Positions 1 through 13,080 are shown, counted from the stretch's first letter. The stretch is 64,000 nucleotides of DNA from Chiloscyllium plagiosum (GCF_004010195.1 NC_057710.1:153125321-153189320), one strand, 5' to 3'. A program made the numbers and translations. Notes: generated from the letters alone by a model not told the origin.

Positions 1-225
1 ATCCCCTCCCCCACTCACCTATTGTACTCTATGCTACTTTCTCCCCACCCACACCCTTCTCTAGCTTATCTCTCCACCCTTCAGGCTCTCTGGCTTTATT
101 CCTGATGAAGGGCTTTTGCCCAAAACGTCGATTTTACTGCTCCTCGGATGCTGCCTGAACTGCTGTGCTCTTCCAGCACCACTAATCCAGAATCTAGTTT
201 TCAGCATCTGCAGTCGTTTTTACTC
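1..225 (+). mobile_element. Penelope-like element 3' end (pLTR) with degenerate hammerhead core, truncated by window edge
   Basis: CTGATGAAGGGCTTTTGCCCAAAACGTC at 102-129 followed by GATGCTGCCTGAACTGCTGTGCT...CAGCATCTGCAGTC, matching the end of the GIY-YIG-bearing element at 20976-22645. Confidence 0.8.
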
Positions 226-239
226 AGTTAGCATCATAC

Positions 240-645
240 CTGCTGGAGCCCAAAAGAATGAAGGGGCATCTCAGATTCCGATAAAATTTGAATAGGACTA
301 GTCAGGGAAGGAAGTTCCCAATGATGGGGGAATGCAGAACCGGGCACACAGTCGAAGGATACAGGGTAAACAAGTTAGGACTGGTTTAGGACTAAGAAGA
401 AATTTCTTCACCCAAACAGTAGTGATCCTGTGCAATTGGCTAACAAATCAAGCAGCCAAGGCCAAAGCACTGCAAGATTTCAATAAGGAGTTGGATATAG
501 CACGTAGGCCTAAAAGGAATCTAAAAAAATACAAGGGAAAAAAGGAAACAAGCTGTGAGATGGATGATCAGCCACGATCATAACAAATGGTGAAGCAAGC
601 TCAAGGGGCTGAATGGCCTACTCCTGCTCCTACTTTCTATGTTAA
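240..645 (+). mobile_element. CR1/HER1-type LINE 3' fragment
   Basis: Typical CR1 ORF2 end (RRNFFTQTVVILCNWL) and 3' UTR GATCAGCCACGATC...GGGGCTGAATGGCCTACTCCTGCTCCTA. Confidence 0.8.
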
Positions 646-1459
646 TACGTATATATTAACAAGAGTATTCAAGATGATCAATGTGATGATGCTCCATAGC
701 ATACAGTGCATGTGTCAAAGTTAAAGAAGAAACGTTGCCTTTCATAAGGATATGGAAACTTCCCCAAAAAAATATTTTCAGGGACATAAAAAGACACAAA
801 AAGAACTTTGAACAGTACTTGTAACTATAACATGGGTGGATACAACATGGGCAGGCCATGAAATCATATTTTTTTATTGCTGACATGTTAATGATCAAAT
901 TAGGGTGACAGGAGTAATCCAGGATTCTGAAAGAAGTTAGAACATGGAAATATGCTATTTAAGCCAGGATGAGTTTAAAGCTCAGTGAAAAAATATCTAA
1001 TTGATTATATTTTTAAATATGTCTGTCCTTTCTCATATTAAATGCCATCCTGATGAATCTACACTGTATCCTTTAAAGCATGAATATAATGTGAAAGCCA
1101 AAAACAGTGCACTGCACTGTCACACAAGGTTTTATGTGGATTTTTAATATTCTATAACTCATAAAAGCTAGAGTTCGACTTTTTTTTAAAAAAGTCTCAT
1201 TAACATGAGGTACTATCACTATTGTTCTGTAAATACATACCACAAATTTCTTGTGCTTTTCATGGCATTCAGCCAGCTTACTTCGGGTGTAATTACTGAT
1301 TTTAAAAAAGTGAAATGTATCACTTCATATTTACTGACCCAAATTTTCATAAGATATTCTTGGCAATTTCCCCAAACTTATATCCCATTTGTAGCCTTCT
1401 TTTACTACCGTTCATCTTCTACCCTTCACGAATTCATACAAAACGCTACTTCGATCCTA

Positions 1460-1700
1460 ACCTGCATTAAATTCTGTTTTCTCATTACCCTGCAGTCACT
1501 GACTATATTGACTCTCAGATTACCATGGTTCAGTTTTGATATGTATAATGAAATCCTCCATGGTCCCACTCCTCCCTCTCACTTCCTTCAACTCGCTGAC
1601 ATCTCTGCATTCTTCCAGTTCTTGCTTCTTGTACCCTTAGTTTTCAATATTCCTCACTGACAATAGATTTCCTGTGTCGATGTACATTTAAATATAAATC
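1460..1700 (+). mobile_element. Old L2-type LINE 3' fragment
   Basis: AAATCCTCCATGGTCCCACTCCTCCCT...CATCTCTGCATTCTTCCA; similar to the stretch at 47355-47515. Confidence 0.4.
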
Positions 1701-2072
1701 CCAAAGTCTTCACAGAAAGAAAAACAAATAGACAGGAATAGGTGTATTGGAGACCACAACAGAAATACCAAATATTACAGGTTGAGATGCAAGATGAAAC
1801 AAGATTGCAGAGATAAGTTGGAGTAATATCATAGATGGATTTATAAACGAAGAAATGATTTTCGAATTCAATGCATTTGGAATGAGTGAGTTAATAGCAA
1901 GGACAGATGCAACAAGGAGTAGCAATTAGGATGCAGGCAGCCAAAAGTTTGGATGAGTTAGTCATTATGTATACTGTTGAGAAAAACATCAGACAAAGAA
2001 ACCTTAGAAATAACAGAAATGTGAATAGTCTGCCCAATGGCAGTGGAGCAATACAAAGTCAGAAACAGTTGA

Positions 2073-2258
2073 TAAAAGTAAAACATTGCAGATGCTGGGG
2101 GTATGAAATAAAAACACAAAATGCTACAGAAACTCTGCAGATCTGGCAGCTACTGTGTAGACGAGAGTCGTACTGGACTTGAAACATTAACTCCAGTTAT
2201 CTCTATGAATCTGCCAGAGCTGCTGAGCTTTTCCAGTGCTATTCCCTTTTATTTAATT
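2073..2258. mobile_element. Old PLE-derived foldback element
   Basis: AAATAAAAACACAAAATGCT...CAGATCTGGCAG is inverted relative to CTGCCAGAGCTGCTGAG...TTTTATTT; residual TGAAACATTAACTC hammerhead-end motif. Confidence 0.6.
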
Positions 2259-2374
2259 TCAAAAACAGCTGATATTGCACAGATATTGCTTCATGACAAA
2301 TTGAAGACTGGTCATTTTTGACTAGGAGCAACAATATAGCAGAAATAAAGCAAGTTTCTTTCAATAAAATCTTC

Positions 2375-2586
2375 GAGGAGAAAGTGAGGACTGCAGATGC
2401 TGGAGATCAGAGCTGAAAATGTGTTGCTGGAAAAGCGCAGCAGGTCAGGCAGCATCCAAGGAACAGGAGAATCGACGTTTCGGGCATAAGACTTTCTGAA
2501 GAAGGGCTTATGCCCGAAACGTCGATTCTCCTGTTCCTTGGATGCTGCCTGACCTGCTGCGCTTTTCCAGCAACATATTTTCAGCT
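2375..2586. mobile_element. Young PLE-derived foldback (MITE-like) element
   Basis: Near-perfect ~80 bp inverted arms around ACTTTCTGAAGAAGGG, ~35 nt tail on the left only, flanked by TTCTTTC(A/T)ATAAAA. Confidence 0.9.
2492..2527 (+). ncRNA. Minimal type I hammerhead ribozyme motif
   Basis: CUGAAGA-A-GGGC(UUAU)GCCC-GAAAC-GUC; intact core with palindromic ACGU stem III, as described for PLE hammerheads. Confidence 0.7.
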
Positions 2587-2719
2587 TCTTTCTATAAAAA
2601 CCAAATAAACTTTTAAAAATATGCTAGTAATTAGAAACAAGAACAAAATGAAGGTATTCTGCATTTGTGTTACAACTGTTAACAAAAAATATTATTTCAC
2701 CGTCATTCTGCATTGTAAG

Positions 2720-2960
2720 AGGAGGCAGTGGCACACTGGCACACCAGACTAGTAATCCGGAGTCTCAGACTAATGGATTTCAATCCCATCATGGAAGATG
2801 GTGAAATCTGAATTCAATAAACCAAACCCTGGAATTTAAATGTTAGTTTCATGGTGACCATGTAACCACTGGTTCACTGAGGAAATTTGTCCTTTGGTCC
2901 GACCTACATGAGTCATACTTCTTAACTGCGATTCGAAATGGTCTAGCTAGCCACTCAGCT
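2720..2960 (+). mobile_element. Old tRNA-headed SINE (non-HE1)
   Basis: GAGGCAGTGGC...GACTAGTAATCC...TTCAATCCCA...GATGGTGAAATCTGAATTCAAT...GGTTCACT; reverse copies near 42270-42540 and 46660-46800. Confidence 0.6.
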
Positions 2961-5635
2961 GTATGTAAACTACCACAAATTCTACCGAAAGGAATGAAAC
3001 CAGATTGGCCTGGCCTTGACCAATATCCAGATCAGTAAACCTCACTCACAATCCTCCGACTATCAATAGCAACTGGCTCGACATGATCCATATGGCTCAA
3101 CTTTCTCTTTGGACATGGATCCCAAACACCCCAGAAAATTCACAAGTAAACAGTTAATGACTTTCTAATCACAGATTCTTTTGATTATACTTGAAGACTG
3201 AAGATGATGTAAAGCATATAAAAATTCAATGAGGTTACTGCTCTCAGGGACTGTAGCCAAAGTACAGTTCTGTGGAGCAGATCCCCAGTTCATTCTGCTG
3301 AGATCCATATAAAGGATATGTAGGGATGCAGAGCAGCAAAACTTCTGAACTTAGATTTTTAAATTTGCAATAGATAGACACTCATTATATCCCATTTATT
3401 TCAAGTGGGCTGTGTTTGATATTAATATAGCAACATCTAGAAAATCCAGGTTGTGGTACGGAATCTACAATTAAAGTTTATCAAAACCAATAACAATCTT
3501 AGTCAGAAATTGGATGAAAACTTTCAGTGCACTTTACCGAACTTGAAATAATAGACTTAAATATCATTACAATATCTCACCAAAAGAAGAATGAGGAATT
3601 GCCTCAAGGTGGAGAACGCTCTGACCAAATATTAATACTTTCCTAGACTTGAAATTCATTTCCCAAAACGTGTGTACTTTTATATACAAACATTGAGATT
3701 ATAAATTGTCAAAATTTATAATACTAAAGAGATCACAATTGGCATGAACTATTTCCATTTTGCAGCAACAAAAAAGTAGAAATAATCAAAGGAAATATAT
3801 ATCATAGAATACTAAAATTATGAATCAAGATCGAAGCAATGTCCAATTCTACCTTCTGTCCCAAGTAGTGAGAGAGGCAGGATAGTGTATTGGGTTGGTG
3901 GAAGCAGCCTTTTTTTAAACAGAAGGATGTCAATGATGCTTTAGAGTCAAGGCAGCAAATTTCTTCCACTTATTATTATGGAATAGTGAGAGTTTTATAA
4001 AGTCATAACGGTTCAACTATTCAGTAGTTATCCTTGACACTCAACTAGCCCTTTTCTATAAATCATCTTGTCAACTGAAGGTTAACTGAGACAGAGTAGC
4101 TTCTGATTTTGGTTTTTTTTTAATATAACAGGATACTCTGATTGTATGGTGGTCTTTGTCTGATACAGCTATATACCCAACAGAGCTAGACACACCGAAG
4201 GAACTTACATGGGTAACATAAAGTGAAAATAATGAGCTTCGAGTCCTCTGTCCTCAGCTGAAATGTTAACCTATTCATTTAATGGAACATGTTTAGGAAT
4301 CTGCTCTCTTTGAATATTGTCATTTAATTGGCTGCAAATATCTCAAGATCTTTGAGCATTTTTCAACCCAAAAACAGAGTAGTAGTATTACTAAAATAAG
4401 TTAGAGATGGGCACTTATTGATACATATAGCCAATCAAGGGACTGAATCATCATCTTTTTAAAGCAGGCCTAATGTCACCGTGTTCTGTTATTGATGAGC
4501 ATTGAACTCTAATTTGTGCCTCTGGCATATGTCCAATATTTACAGCATCATTACTGAAAGGGTCAGTGATGTTATCAAACTCTGTTCATTTACACATTTC
4601 ATTCTTAAGGCATTTTCAAATGAAGGATAGACTTACTTCAGAATAACATTTGGATAATTTAACCATAAATCAGATGACTTACTAATAGCTATAGAAATGG
4701 AGCAAGCCATGCCTCTGTTCTATACATAGCAAAGAGGTATCACAAGGATGGCAGGACAAGAGTTTTCAGAGTCAGGTGGCTTACACAACTTTTAGGAACA
4801 GACTGGCACATGCCAGAAAATGTGACCAATGCCTTCTTATGGCCTGATTTCTTTTTGAAATGTAATCTAAGATATAGAAATAGTAGAATATCTTCAAAGG
4901 TGTTAAGCAAAGATGGCTCCAGGTTTTAGACGATAAAGCATCAAATAGACCATATGATTTTGATCATTACATCTTTCCTATTCAAAATAACATGCATGTG
5001 TTAGGAGTAGGCACTGGTGGTGGGGTATTAATATGATTTTAAGACCATAACTCCAGTGTTTAAAGCAATGATAAAATGAATTCACACTGTTGCAATGGAG
5101 AGATATTTTGTGTAAAACTGAGACACTATTCTGTTTGGCAAATGTAGTCCTCAAGTGATTGATGATCATAATCATCATTATCTGGCACATCAAAGTTTAA
5201 TGATTTCAAGAACTCAAATAGCCATCTTCACAGTGGGTCAATAGCGAAATAAACTATACAGCGTATTGCAGAATCATGCAAACAAGAAAGTCACAAATTG
5301 AATACTTAGGTCTGTTCAGAGTTAAGTGATGTCAGCTGCAACAACAGTGGACCTAAGGGCTAGGATCAGAAATGAAAAATAAAGTGACAAGAGTTAAACT
5401 AATTATGGAACTAATACTTCTTCAAAAACATAATTGTGCAGATCTGTATTCCTCCTATATTACAGAAAATAAAGGAGCTGGAGCAGCGTTTGTGTTCCAT
5501 CCCATCAATTTGTGTTCAATAGATTTTGGCATCTTAATATTAAAAGCCTAATAGTATATGGGCTGATATAATTGGGATATCTGTACTGCAGAATAGTAGT
5601 CTAACACTTTTTACAGCTCATTCATGGAATAAGCA

Positions 5636-5676
5636 AAAGTTCTTCAAACTCTATAAAGTTCTTCAAACTCTATAAA
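5636..5676. repeat. 19 bp tandem duplication
   Basis: AAAGTTCTTCAAACTCTAT twice, perfect. Confidence 0.9.
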
Positions 5677-7519
5677 ACACTAATGCGTTTGTTTTTTCTG
5701 TGAAAACCAGCTCTTTGCAAAAGCCTTAAGTTGATTTTGATAGAATGACTGCTTGGGCATACTTGGAAATTTTTCACTAAACAGGAATTAAAGTGAGTAT
5801 AGTGTGCAATACAGATACCTTACCAGTAGAGGGCTGCCTGCATTTTTTGCATAATTCTTTTTACTTGCATAACTTTTAACTCGGAATGCATGGTGTAAAG
5901 CAGCACTTGAATCCAAATCAAAGCAGCATACGTTCCTCAATGAGCTTTTTGTCTTTCATTGTAATTAATTTGTGACAAAAGAACAATCACAATGATAGTA
6001 TAGTTGCACATAGCATAGATAGTTGAAGAATATTGTACTTTTGCCGCTCCTGATTTTTTGCCAGTACTTAAGATCAATTCCAGGGAATGGTACTGATATT
6101 ACATTTTACCATTGTGTTAGCCTCAGTCACACACAACAAGACATTGTATGCGACACTTCAGCTTTAATATTTACCCTAATCATAAAAGTTAAGGCATACT
6201 TCAGATGATTGTTGTTGGACAAATCCATACTGATCAATTGGCAAGGTTCTCCTGCTCAATCTTGGCTGGATACAAAAAAACAAGATGTTGCTGGGATTTG
6301 GTGGGGTGGGAAGAGCAAAGAGGAGCGAGGCCAATGACAACATTCCACCCCAAATGAAAGTGATGCTCAGTGTTTTAAGACCATTTTGACTGTATTCTAG
6401 GATATTTTGGTACAAGTGAAACCAAAGAGGACCATATTCTTCTGGAAAAAGTGTCTTCTTTATTTAGCAATGACTTCAGTTGTGCAGACAACAAATTGTA
6501 TCCTTTGATTATACTTAAGTTGCTCATCTACTACAGATACTGTTTTAGACATGGAATGACAACAGATGATTAAGGTTCATTTCTGATCTTCCAGGCTTTG
6601 CTTCTGCTGCTGTATGTCATAGCAATGTGGAGATAAAATATTCTTAAATCTTCAAAGCCAGTTTCACTAACTTCAAGGGTTAAGTGCTGCAAAGCTTTCA
6701 CATAACTGGTTTGGTTAATTACGATCTTTTCCTTTGCAAATATTATCATGAAGCAAGAAATTTGCTCGAAGGATTTAATGAATTCTTCATGATAAACAAT
6801 GCTGAAGCGTGGAAATACCCTAGCACTGTCAGGCTGCAAAGTCCACTCCCAGGGTTGGAAATGAGATTCAGTGTTGTGACATACAAATGATTCTACACAC
6901 AACCTTGCATAGACCTAAGCTCCCTGGCTATTTCATTCCATATCTCCAGAGTAGCAAAGAGTATTGAGTCATATTATCTGTGACAGACTATTTTCACAAT
7001 AAAATAGATAAAAGCTGATATAACAACTGACGTTCTATGGTATATTTTTCAATTTGTAAGAGTATATCTAATTATGTAATCCATCTTTAATAAGTAGTTG
7101 ATCACAAAAACATATAGGCATGTGGTCAGGAGTGTAAATTAGCACTCCTGTACAATTGTTAAGATAGTTATTCTAATAGTACCAAAGGCCATACCATTAC
7201 ACTCTGGACTAAATCACCTTAATAGAATAAATTCATCTATATTTAGATGGGGTGCAGCTTTCTGAAGTTGATTCTGAATGCAGATTATTACTTCTTGTTT
7301 TTCTCATTTCATAAAGGCAGGGTTAAGAATCTAGGTATGTTTGCAGCAGGAGAAAGTTCTTTTGACTATGGCAGATTTGGATAGACATCTACTCGTACAC
7401 AAATATCCCTAGGAAACTGGTATCGTAAAGTGATCAAGTCAGAAAACTGTATTGTACCACGTACAGGAGAACTAGTCTACAATGAGGCATAGGGAATGGT
7501 AATAAAAGAGATGAATGAA

Positions 7520-8212
7520 TGAAAAAAGAACTGTGGACACTGGAAATCAAACAAGAACCAGAAGTTGCTGGAAAAACTCAGCAGATCTAGCAGCATCTAT
7601 GGAAAGAAAGCAGAGTTAACATTTGGGTCCAGTTACCCTTCCTCAGAACTAAAAATAGCTAAGAAAAGATTTTGTTTTGCTGAAGATGGAGTGTGGGAAG
7701 GGGAAGGAATAAATGATAGGTGAAGATGGAGCCGAAAGAGAGAGAGAAAAAAACAGTTGGGCAGATCAAGGAATGGGTGAAGGTCATCCTGGGGGAATGA
7801 ATAGCTGATAATGGGGACCATTAGTGGTAGACAATAGGTTAATTGTGGTAGTCGTCCATTTGATGACAACACCTGGTTTGTGGGGGTTGGTGTGAGGCCA
7901 TGGGAGAAGGTGCTCAAGCCCTAAAATTATTGAACTCGATACTGAGTGCAATAGGTTGCAGAGTTCCCAGATGGAAAATGAGGTGTACTGAGCTTCACTG
8001 GAGAACCACAGCAAGCCAGAGACAAAGGTGTTTGCCAGGGTATATGGTAGTGTTTTAAAATGGCAGACAACCGGAAGCTCAGGATTATTTTTGCAAACTG
8101 AACATTGGTATTCTGCAAAGCAATTGGTATTCTGCATTGGTATTCTGCAACCCAATCTACTCTAGTCTATTGTATTCGCTGCTGACAATGTGATCTCCTC
8201 TACATTGGAGTA
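7520..8212 (-). mobile_element. Penelope-like element fragment with small inverted GIY-YIG piece
   Basis: Minus-strand 3' end with CTGAGGAAGGGT..ACCCAAATGTTAAC; plus-strand LVYCIRC*QCDLLYIG at ~8162-8210; ATTGGTATTCTGCA x3 at the junction. Confidence 0.75.
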
Positions 8213-8684
8213 CAAAGTGCAGACTGGACAACTACACTGCAGACTGCAGTGCTCCAGCGAACCAGATTCAGAAATATAAACAGTTGATGCAGACAAAACT
8301 CTGGTACTTTTATGGCAAACATCATTTAAAATAATATTAAGATTTCAAACTCAAACATATTTCTCTAACATGACAGCAGTGACAACAGTTCAAAAATTAG
8401 TCCCACGGGACATCCTGAAGTTGTGAAAACTGCAATATGATGCTCAATCTTAGAAATTTCCAAACCGCACTTCATCATTTAGTTGGGGAGAGTTTGGAGC
8501 AATAGGATGTAAAAGTGTGCAGAATACATAATCTTCTACTCTGGCTGCTGAGTTCCCCAATTTTAGCAAATTGCAGAGAGCTTCAAGAATCACTATACTG
8601 CTTGCATGCAATACTATTTACCAGTCAGTAAAGATTTCAGCCCTCATCAGCATCAAAACAGAATTTCACACAGAGGAAATGCAT

Positions 8685-9670
8685 ATTTCCAAAATATGTT
8701 TGGTAAGGTGCCACATCAAACATTGCTACACACGAGCACATTTTGTGTGAGTAACAGATTAGCATGGATAAATTAGTTAGCTAACATGAAGCAGAAAGTA
8801 GGGATAGATTTTATTTTCAAACTGGCAAAATGTAACAAGTGGACAGCTACAGTGATCAGTACTCAGCCTTCAACCCTTTACAATCTATAACAATGACTTG
8901 GATGAGGAGACAGAAGACATAGTAGCTAAATGTGATGATGACACCAAGATAGTAAGTAAGTACGGGCGGCACGGTGGCAAGCACTGCTGCCTCACAGCGC
9001 CAGAGATACGGATTCAATTCCCACCTCAGGCAACTGTCTGTGTGGAGTTTGCACATTCTCCCCGTGTCTGCGTGGGTTTCCTCCCACAGTCCAAAAATGT
9101 GCAGTTTACGTGAATTGGCCATACTAAATTGTCTGTAGTGTTAGGTGAAGGGGTAAATGTAGGGGAATGGGTCTAGGTGAGTTCCTCTTCGGAGGGTTGG
9201 TGTGGACTTGTTGGGCCAAAGGGCCTGTCTCCACACTACATAATCTAATCTGAAGCTGTAAAGGGGTAGAAAATCTCAAAAGGGATAAAGTCAGTTTGAA
9301 TAAGTTGGCAAAATCTGGAAAATGGAGTATGTCATATGTAAATATGAATTTGTCCAGTTATTGAGGAAGAGTATGAAAGTGGTATACTATAGAAATGAAA
9401 AGATGTGGCAGGAATTGGTTATACAGAGACATTTTGGTGTACCAGTACATAAATCACTAGTTGTGCCTGCCCACTCACGGGTCATTAGAGTGTGAAATTC
9501 TCTTCTCCAGAATGTAGTGGCAACTGCAATAGAGGGGATTTTGATAGACAAAGCAGTCGAGGGTTATGGGTGCAGGCAGGAAAGTGGAATGGAGGCCAAA
9601 ACTAGATCAGGCAGGACTCAATAATTGGTGGACCAGGACTGAGAAGCCAAATAGCCAAGTGCTACTGCTA
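8685..9670 (+). mobile_element. Decayed CR1 LINE RT/3' fragment interrupted by an HE1 SINE
   Basis: DLDEETEDIVAKCDDDTKI (FADDTK motif); CR1 3' UTR at ~9560-9670. Confidence 0.75.
8964..9251 (+). mobile_element. HE1 (V-SINE) retroposon
   Basis: GGGCGGCACGGTGG head, V-domain GTGTGGAGTTTGCACATTCTCCCCGTGTCTGCGTGGGTTTCC, (TAATC)n tail; internal deletions. Confidence 0.92.
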
Positions 9671-9759
9671 AATTTCACAGGCTGGTTGATTCCACACATC
9701 TTTTTTGAGATGAGACTTTAAGATCAGGACTTTTTTTCTTTCTTTAAGATCTGAACATT

Positions 9760-9900
9760 TATATTTCTCCTATTGCTTTTTTCAAATTCTGGATTTGTAA
9801 CTAAGATGTCACCTGAGAATGTTTACTTTGTACACTTTTCACTGTACTCTTGTATTCTTATACTTGAGCACACATGCCAATAAAATCTAATTCTAATTCC
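9760..9900 (+). mobile_element. Short retroposon 3' end with Rex1-like tail
   Basis: ACTTTTCACTGTA...CAATAAAATCTAATTCTAATTC; same tail motif as 52715-52760, also at 16310-16357, 42118-42175 (minus) and 59652-59703. Confidence 0.5.
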
Positions 9901-11994
9901 AAAATTCAATGTTCCAATAATGAAAGCATGAAGGAACTGTTATCCTGTCTGACGAAAGAATCTTGAATTCCAGTGAGGTGCACAATGCTTTTTCTTTGTA
10001 TTTTTCTCTGTATTGAATAACAATCCTTTCTCTTCATGTCAGTCCCATTTTTCAAATCAGTTCCCGATGATCGTGTCCTGAGATTAAGATAAACATGGAG
10101 CTGACTCATATAGATATCTCTTTACAAGCGCATGCTCTAAAGGGGCCATGGCCTGTGCCGATACTTTCTATAAAACTTGGTCAAAAGAGGTGACACTGCT
10201 GAGAAATCTGTATTTTTGTAACGTTATTGAAACTTCTGAGGTTTGGCATAGCAGCTCTGGCTCAAGTTGCTGTATGATTCGAGAAGGTGCTCACAACAAT
10301 GGCTCCAGGTTTCACTGTAAATGGCAGAGTCCTTCTTCCATTATTTACTTGTGCTTCATGTGTAATGGGCACAGAAACTTTCACTCACCCAGTAAAAGAA
10401 ATTACTGATATCAAGTTGCAAACTCAGACAATCAAATTTAAAGCAAAAATGTTAGTGTTCTAAGAAAGCAAATCACATATGTACTAATGAAATTAAATCT
10501 AATTTTGACCCTCAGTCATCCACCATAACATCCATCAGAACATCAGGGGTTCAAGCATATATCTATCTCCTCATTCTTACGTCATTTGCTAGCTAATTCA
10601 TTATTTTGAGCCCTGTTGTCATAATTCCAATATGAAAATTTCAAACTGTATACACAATGAACTTCTCATATGTAACGTACTACAATTCCCAGAAGTCAAA
10701 GTCCCTGCATATTCACATAGGATATTGTTTCTTTCTAGAACATTACACAATTGCTGGAGACACAAAGTGTACAACTGTTAGATATGTTCTCTTTTATACA
10801 AATATCAATTTAATCATTGAACTGCATAGGAATATAAGTTTTAAGTTGGTGTCCAGTTATTGCCATTGCCACATTAAACAACATTCATGTTCATTCATAC
10901 TTAGTGCATAAAGTCAAACTTGAAGGAAAAAAATTCCCTTTTTTAACCTAAAATCATTTATATTTAAGTTCATTATTTTGAGTTATGATATTTTTTAGTC
11001 ATGCGCTTTGTCTCTATGAAATTATCTTATCAAAGGTTATTTTGAGCAAGATACTTCCCTTTAAACAGGGCTTCTGTAACCATTTACTAGAAGATTAGCT
11101 TTTATACTGCATAGAAAAGCAAAAGGACATCAGAAGATAATGTCATGTTAAATACCATCCTCACATATGCATCTGGGAAAATAATAATAATGTTAGAGAA
11201 AAGAAAATCAATGGGTATCATCACAATGTAATGCAACAATATAATCTAATCAGGATAATTCTTATATAGACAACACTTGCCATTTTTCATGGTGAACAAA
11301 CATTATGGAAGCTGCTATTCATAACTTAATTAAAGTGTTTCTGTCTCACAGATTGAATACAGTTTTTGACTTTGAGAAATCAAAGGGTTTTGCGCATTTA
11401 AGGATCAGACATTTTTGAGATACTGTTTAGAGATGTTTTGACATTGTTACAACAATCATGGAGGCAAGACTCAACTCCATTGGGAAATAGCTATGTGATT
11501 CCAAGAAAGACTGGTAAAAAGACTACCTTATCCTTTGAATTTGCTTGAAAGATCTGCAAAAAAAAAGCCATTCAAACACACTCAACTGATGGCTTTGATT
11601 ATTTAATTCTTAATTCACTGGTCAAGGCTATTGTGTTACTTCAACTGACATGTCCACTTGAACTTACAAATGCTATGCTTACTTTTCGCTGTTGAAAAAT
11701 GATGATTTATGAATAAATTTATTTGTTACATTGTTTCATACAGTAAGCATGTGGCATGACCAACATTAAGTATTTAAAGTGATGTGGGACCATAATGAAA
11801 ATCTTGCACAGAATCCAGAGACGTTATCAGCAGATTATTTTGCAAACCTTCTAATCTCACCAGTGCTTTTATGCTGTCTAGCGTGCTCGTCACTGTATGA
11901 GATGCAATTAATCATAAGTAGGAGCTTATTATGCCAACCTGTTCAGCTTTTACCTCAAACCTCCTTTGTTCACCACAGATTTCATATCATTCCC

Positions 11995-13080
11995 ATTTAT
12001 AGAAGCAGAAGAAGGGTATTCAACTTCTCAAGCCTTTTCTGCCATTTAATGAGATTATGATTGCTCTATTGGCTTACTCAATATATCTGCTTAGGCCCCA
12101 TATCCCCTAATGCCTTTGCTTAACAAAAAATCTCAAATAAAATTAACAACTGATCTTGCATCAACTACCATTTGTGGAAGATACTTACAGACCTCTACCA
12201 CCCTTTGCATATTGAAGTGTTTCTTAACATTTCTCCTGAATGGCCATAATTTTTAGGCAATGATCCCTAGTTTGAGAATCTTCAACCAGAAGAAATAGTT
12301 TATCTTTACCTACCCTGTCTTTTCATGCGAATACCTTGAAGACTTCAATCAAATCACCCCTTAATCTTCTGAATTCTAAAGAAAATCAGCATAATTTGTG
12401 TAATCTCTCCTAACCTAACCCCAGAAGACCAGGTATCATTCTTGTCAACTACACTGTACTCCCTGTATATCCTTTGAAATAAAAACAGAAATTGCTGGAA
12501 AAGCTCAGTAGATCTGACAGCATCAGAGTTAACGTTTCGTGTCAGGTGATCCTTCCTCTGAACTGAATATATGCTTCCTTTGGGGTGGTGCCCAAATATG
12601 TTCATCATACCCCAAGTGGAGTCTAACCAGGGTTTTGTACAGCTGCAGCATAACTTCGGTTTCCTTAAACTCCAGTCCTCCAGAACTAAAGACCAGAATT
12701 CCATTCGTCTTCTTCATTATTTTCTGCACCTTCTCAATTTTTTTTGAAGATTTATGCACTTGAACCTCCAAGTCACTTTTAGTACTCACTGTATTTAACT
12801 TCACACTGTCTAGAAAGTACTCTGATCTGCCCTTTTTCAGTTCCAGATGAATAACTTCACACTTCCTTACATTGAAGTCCATCTGCCACAATGTTGTCCA
12901 GTCATCTAGCCTATTAATATCCCTTAGTAATTTTATGATATCACCTACACTGACTACAATGCTGCCCAACTTTGTGTTATCAGCAAAGTTGGATATTTGA
13001 CTATGTCATTATCCAAGTCCCTAATAAATAATGTGAACAATTGAAGCCCTGACACAGATCCTTGTGGGACATTATCACAT
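11995..13080 (-). mobile_element. CR1 LINE RT/3' fragment
   Basis: ORF 12529-12969: WQMDFNVRKCEVIH...LQLYKTLVRLHLGY...WAP; upstream SNFADNTK. Confidence 0.9.
12472..12567 (-). mobile_element. Short PLE 3' fragment inserted in CR1
   Basis: GAAATTGCTGGAAAAGCTCAG...GTTAACGTTTCG; same family as 7520-7650. Confidence 0.7.

Noticed and set aside
1205-1660. 151 aa ORF
   Set aside because: No recognisable domain, composition typical of AT-rich noncoding DNA, overlaps an L2-like remnant
5815-5850. Minus-strand GTAAGG donor with a possible 14 nt exon
   Set aside because: No polypyrimidine tract, frame-shifting length, no LRBA similarity
6570-6902. 110 aa minus-strand ORF as a possible next LRBA exon
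   Set aside because: No match to the expected LEGDDD/LAGP or PH-domain sequence
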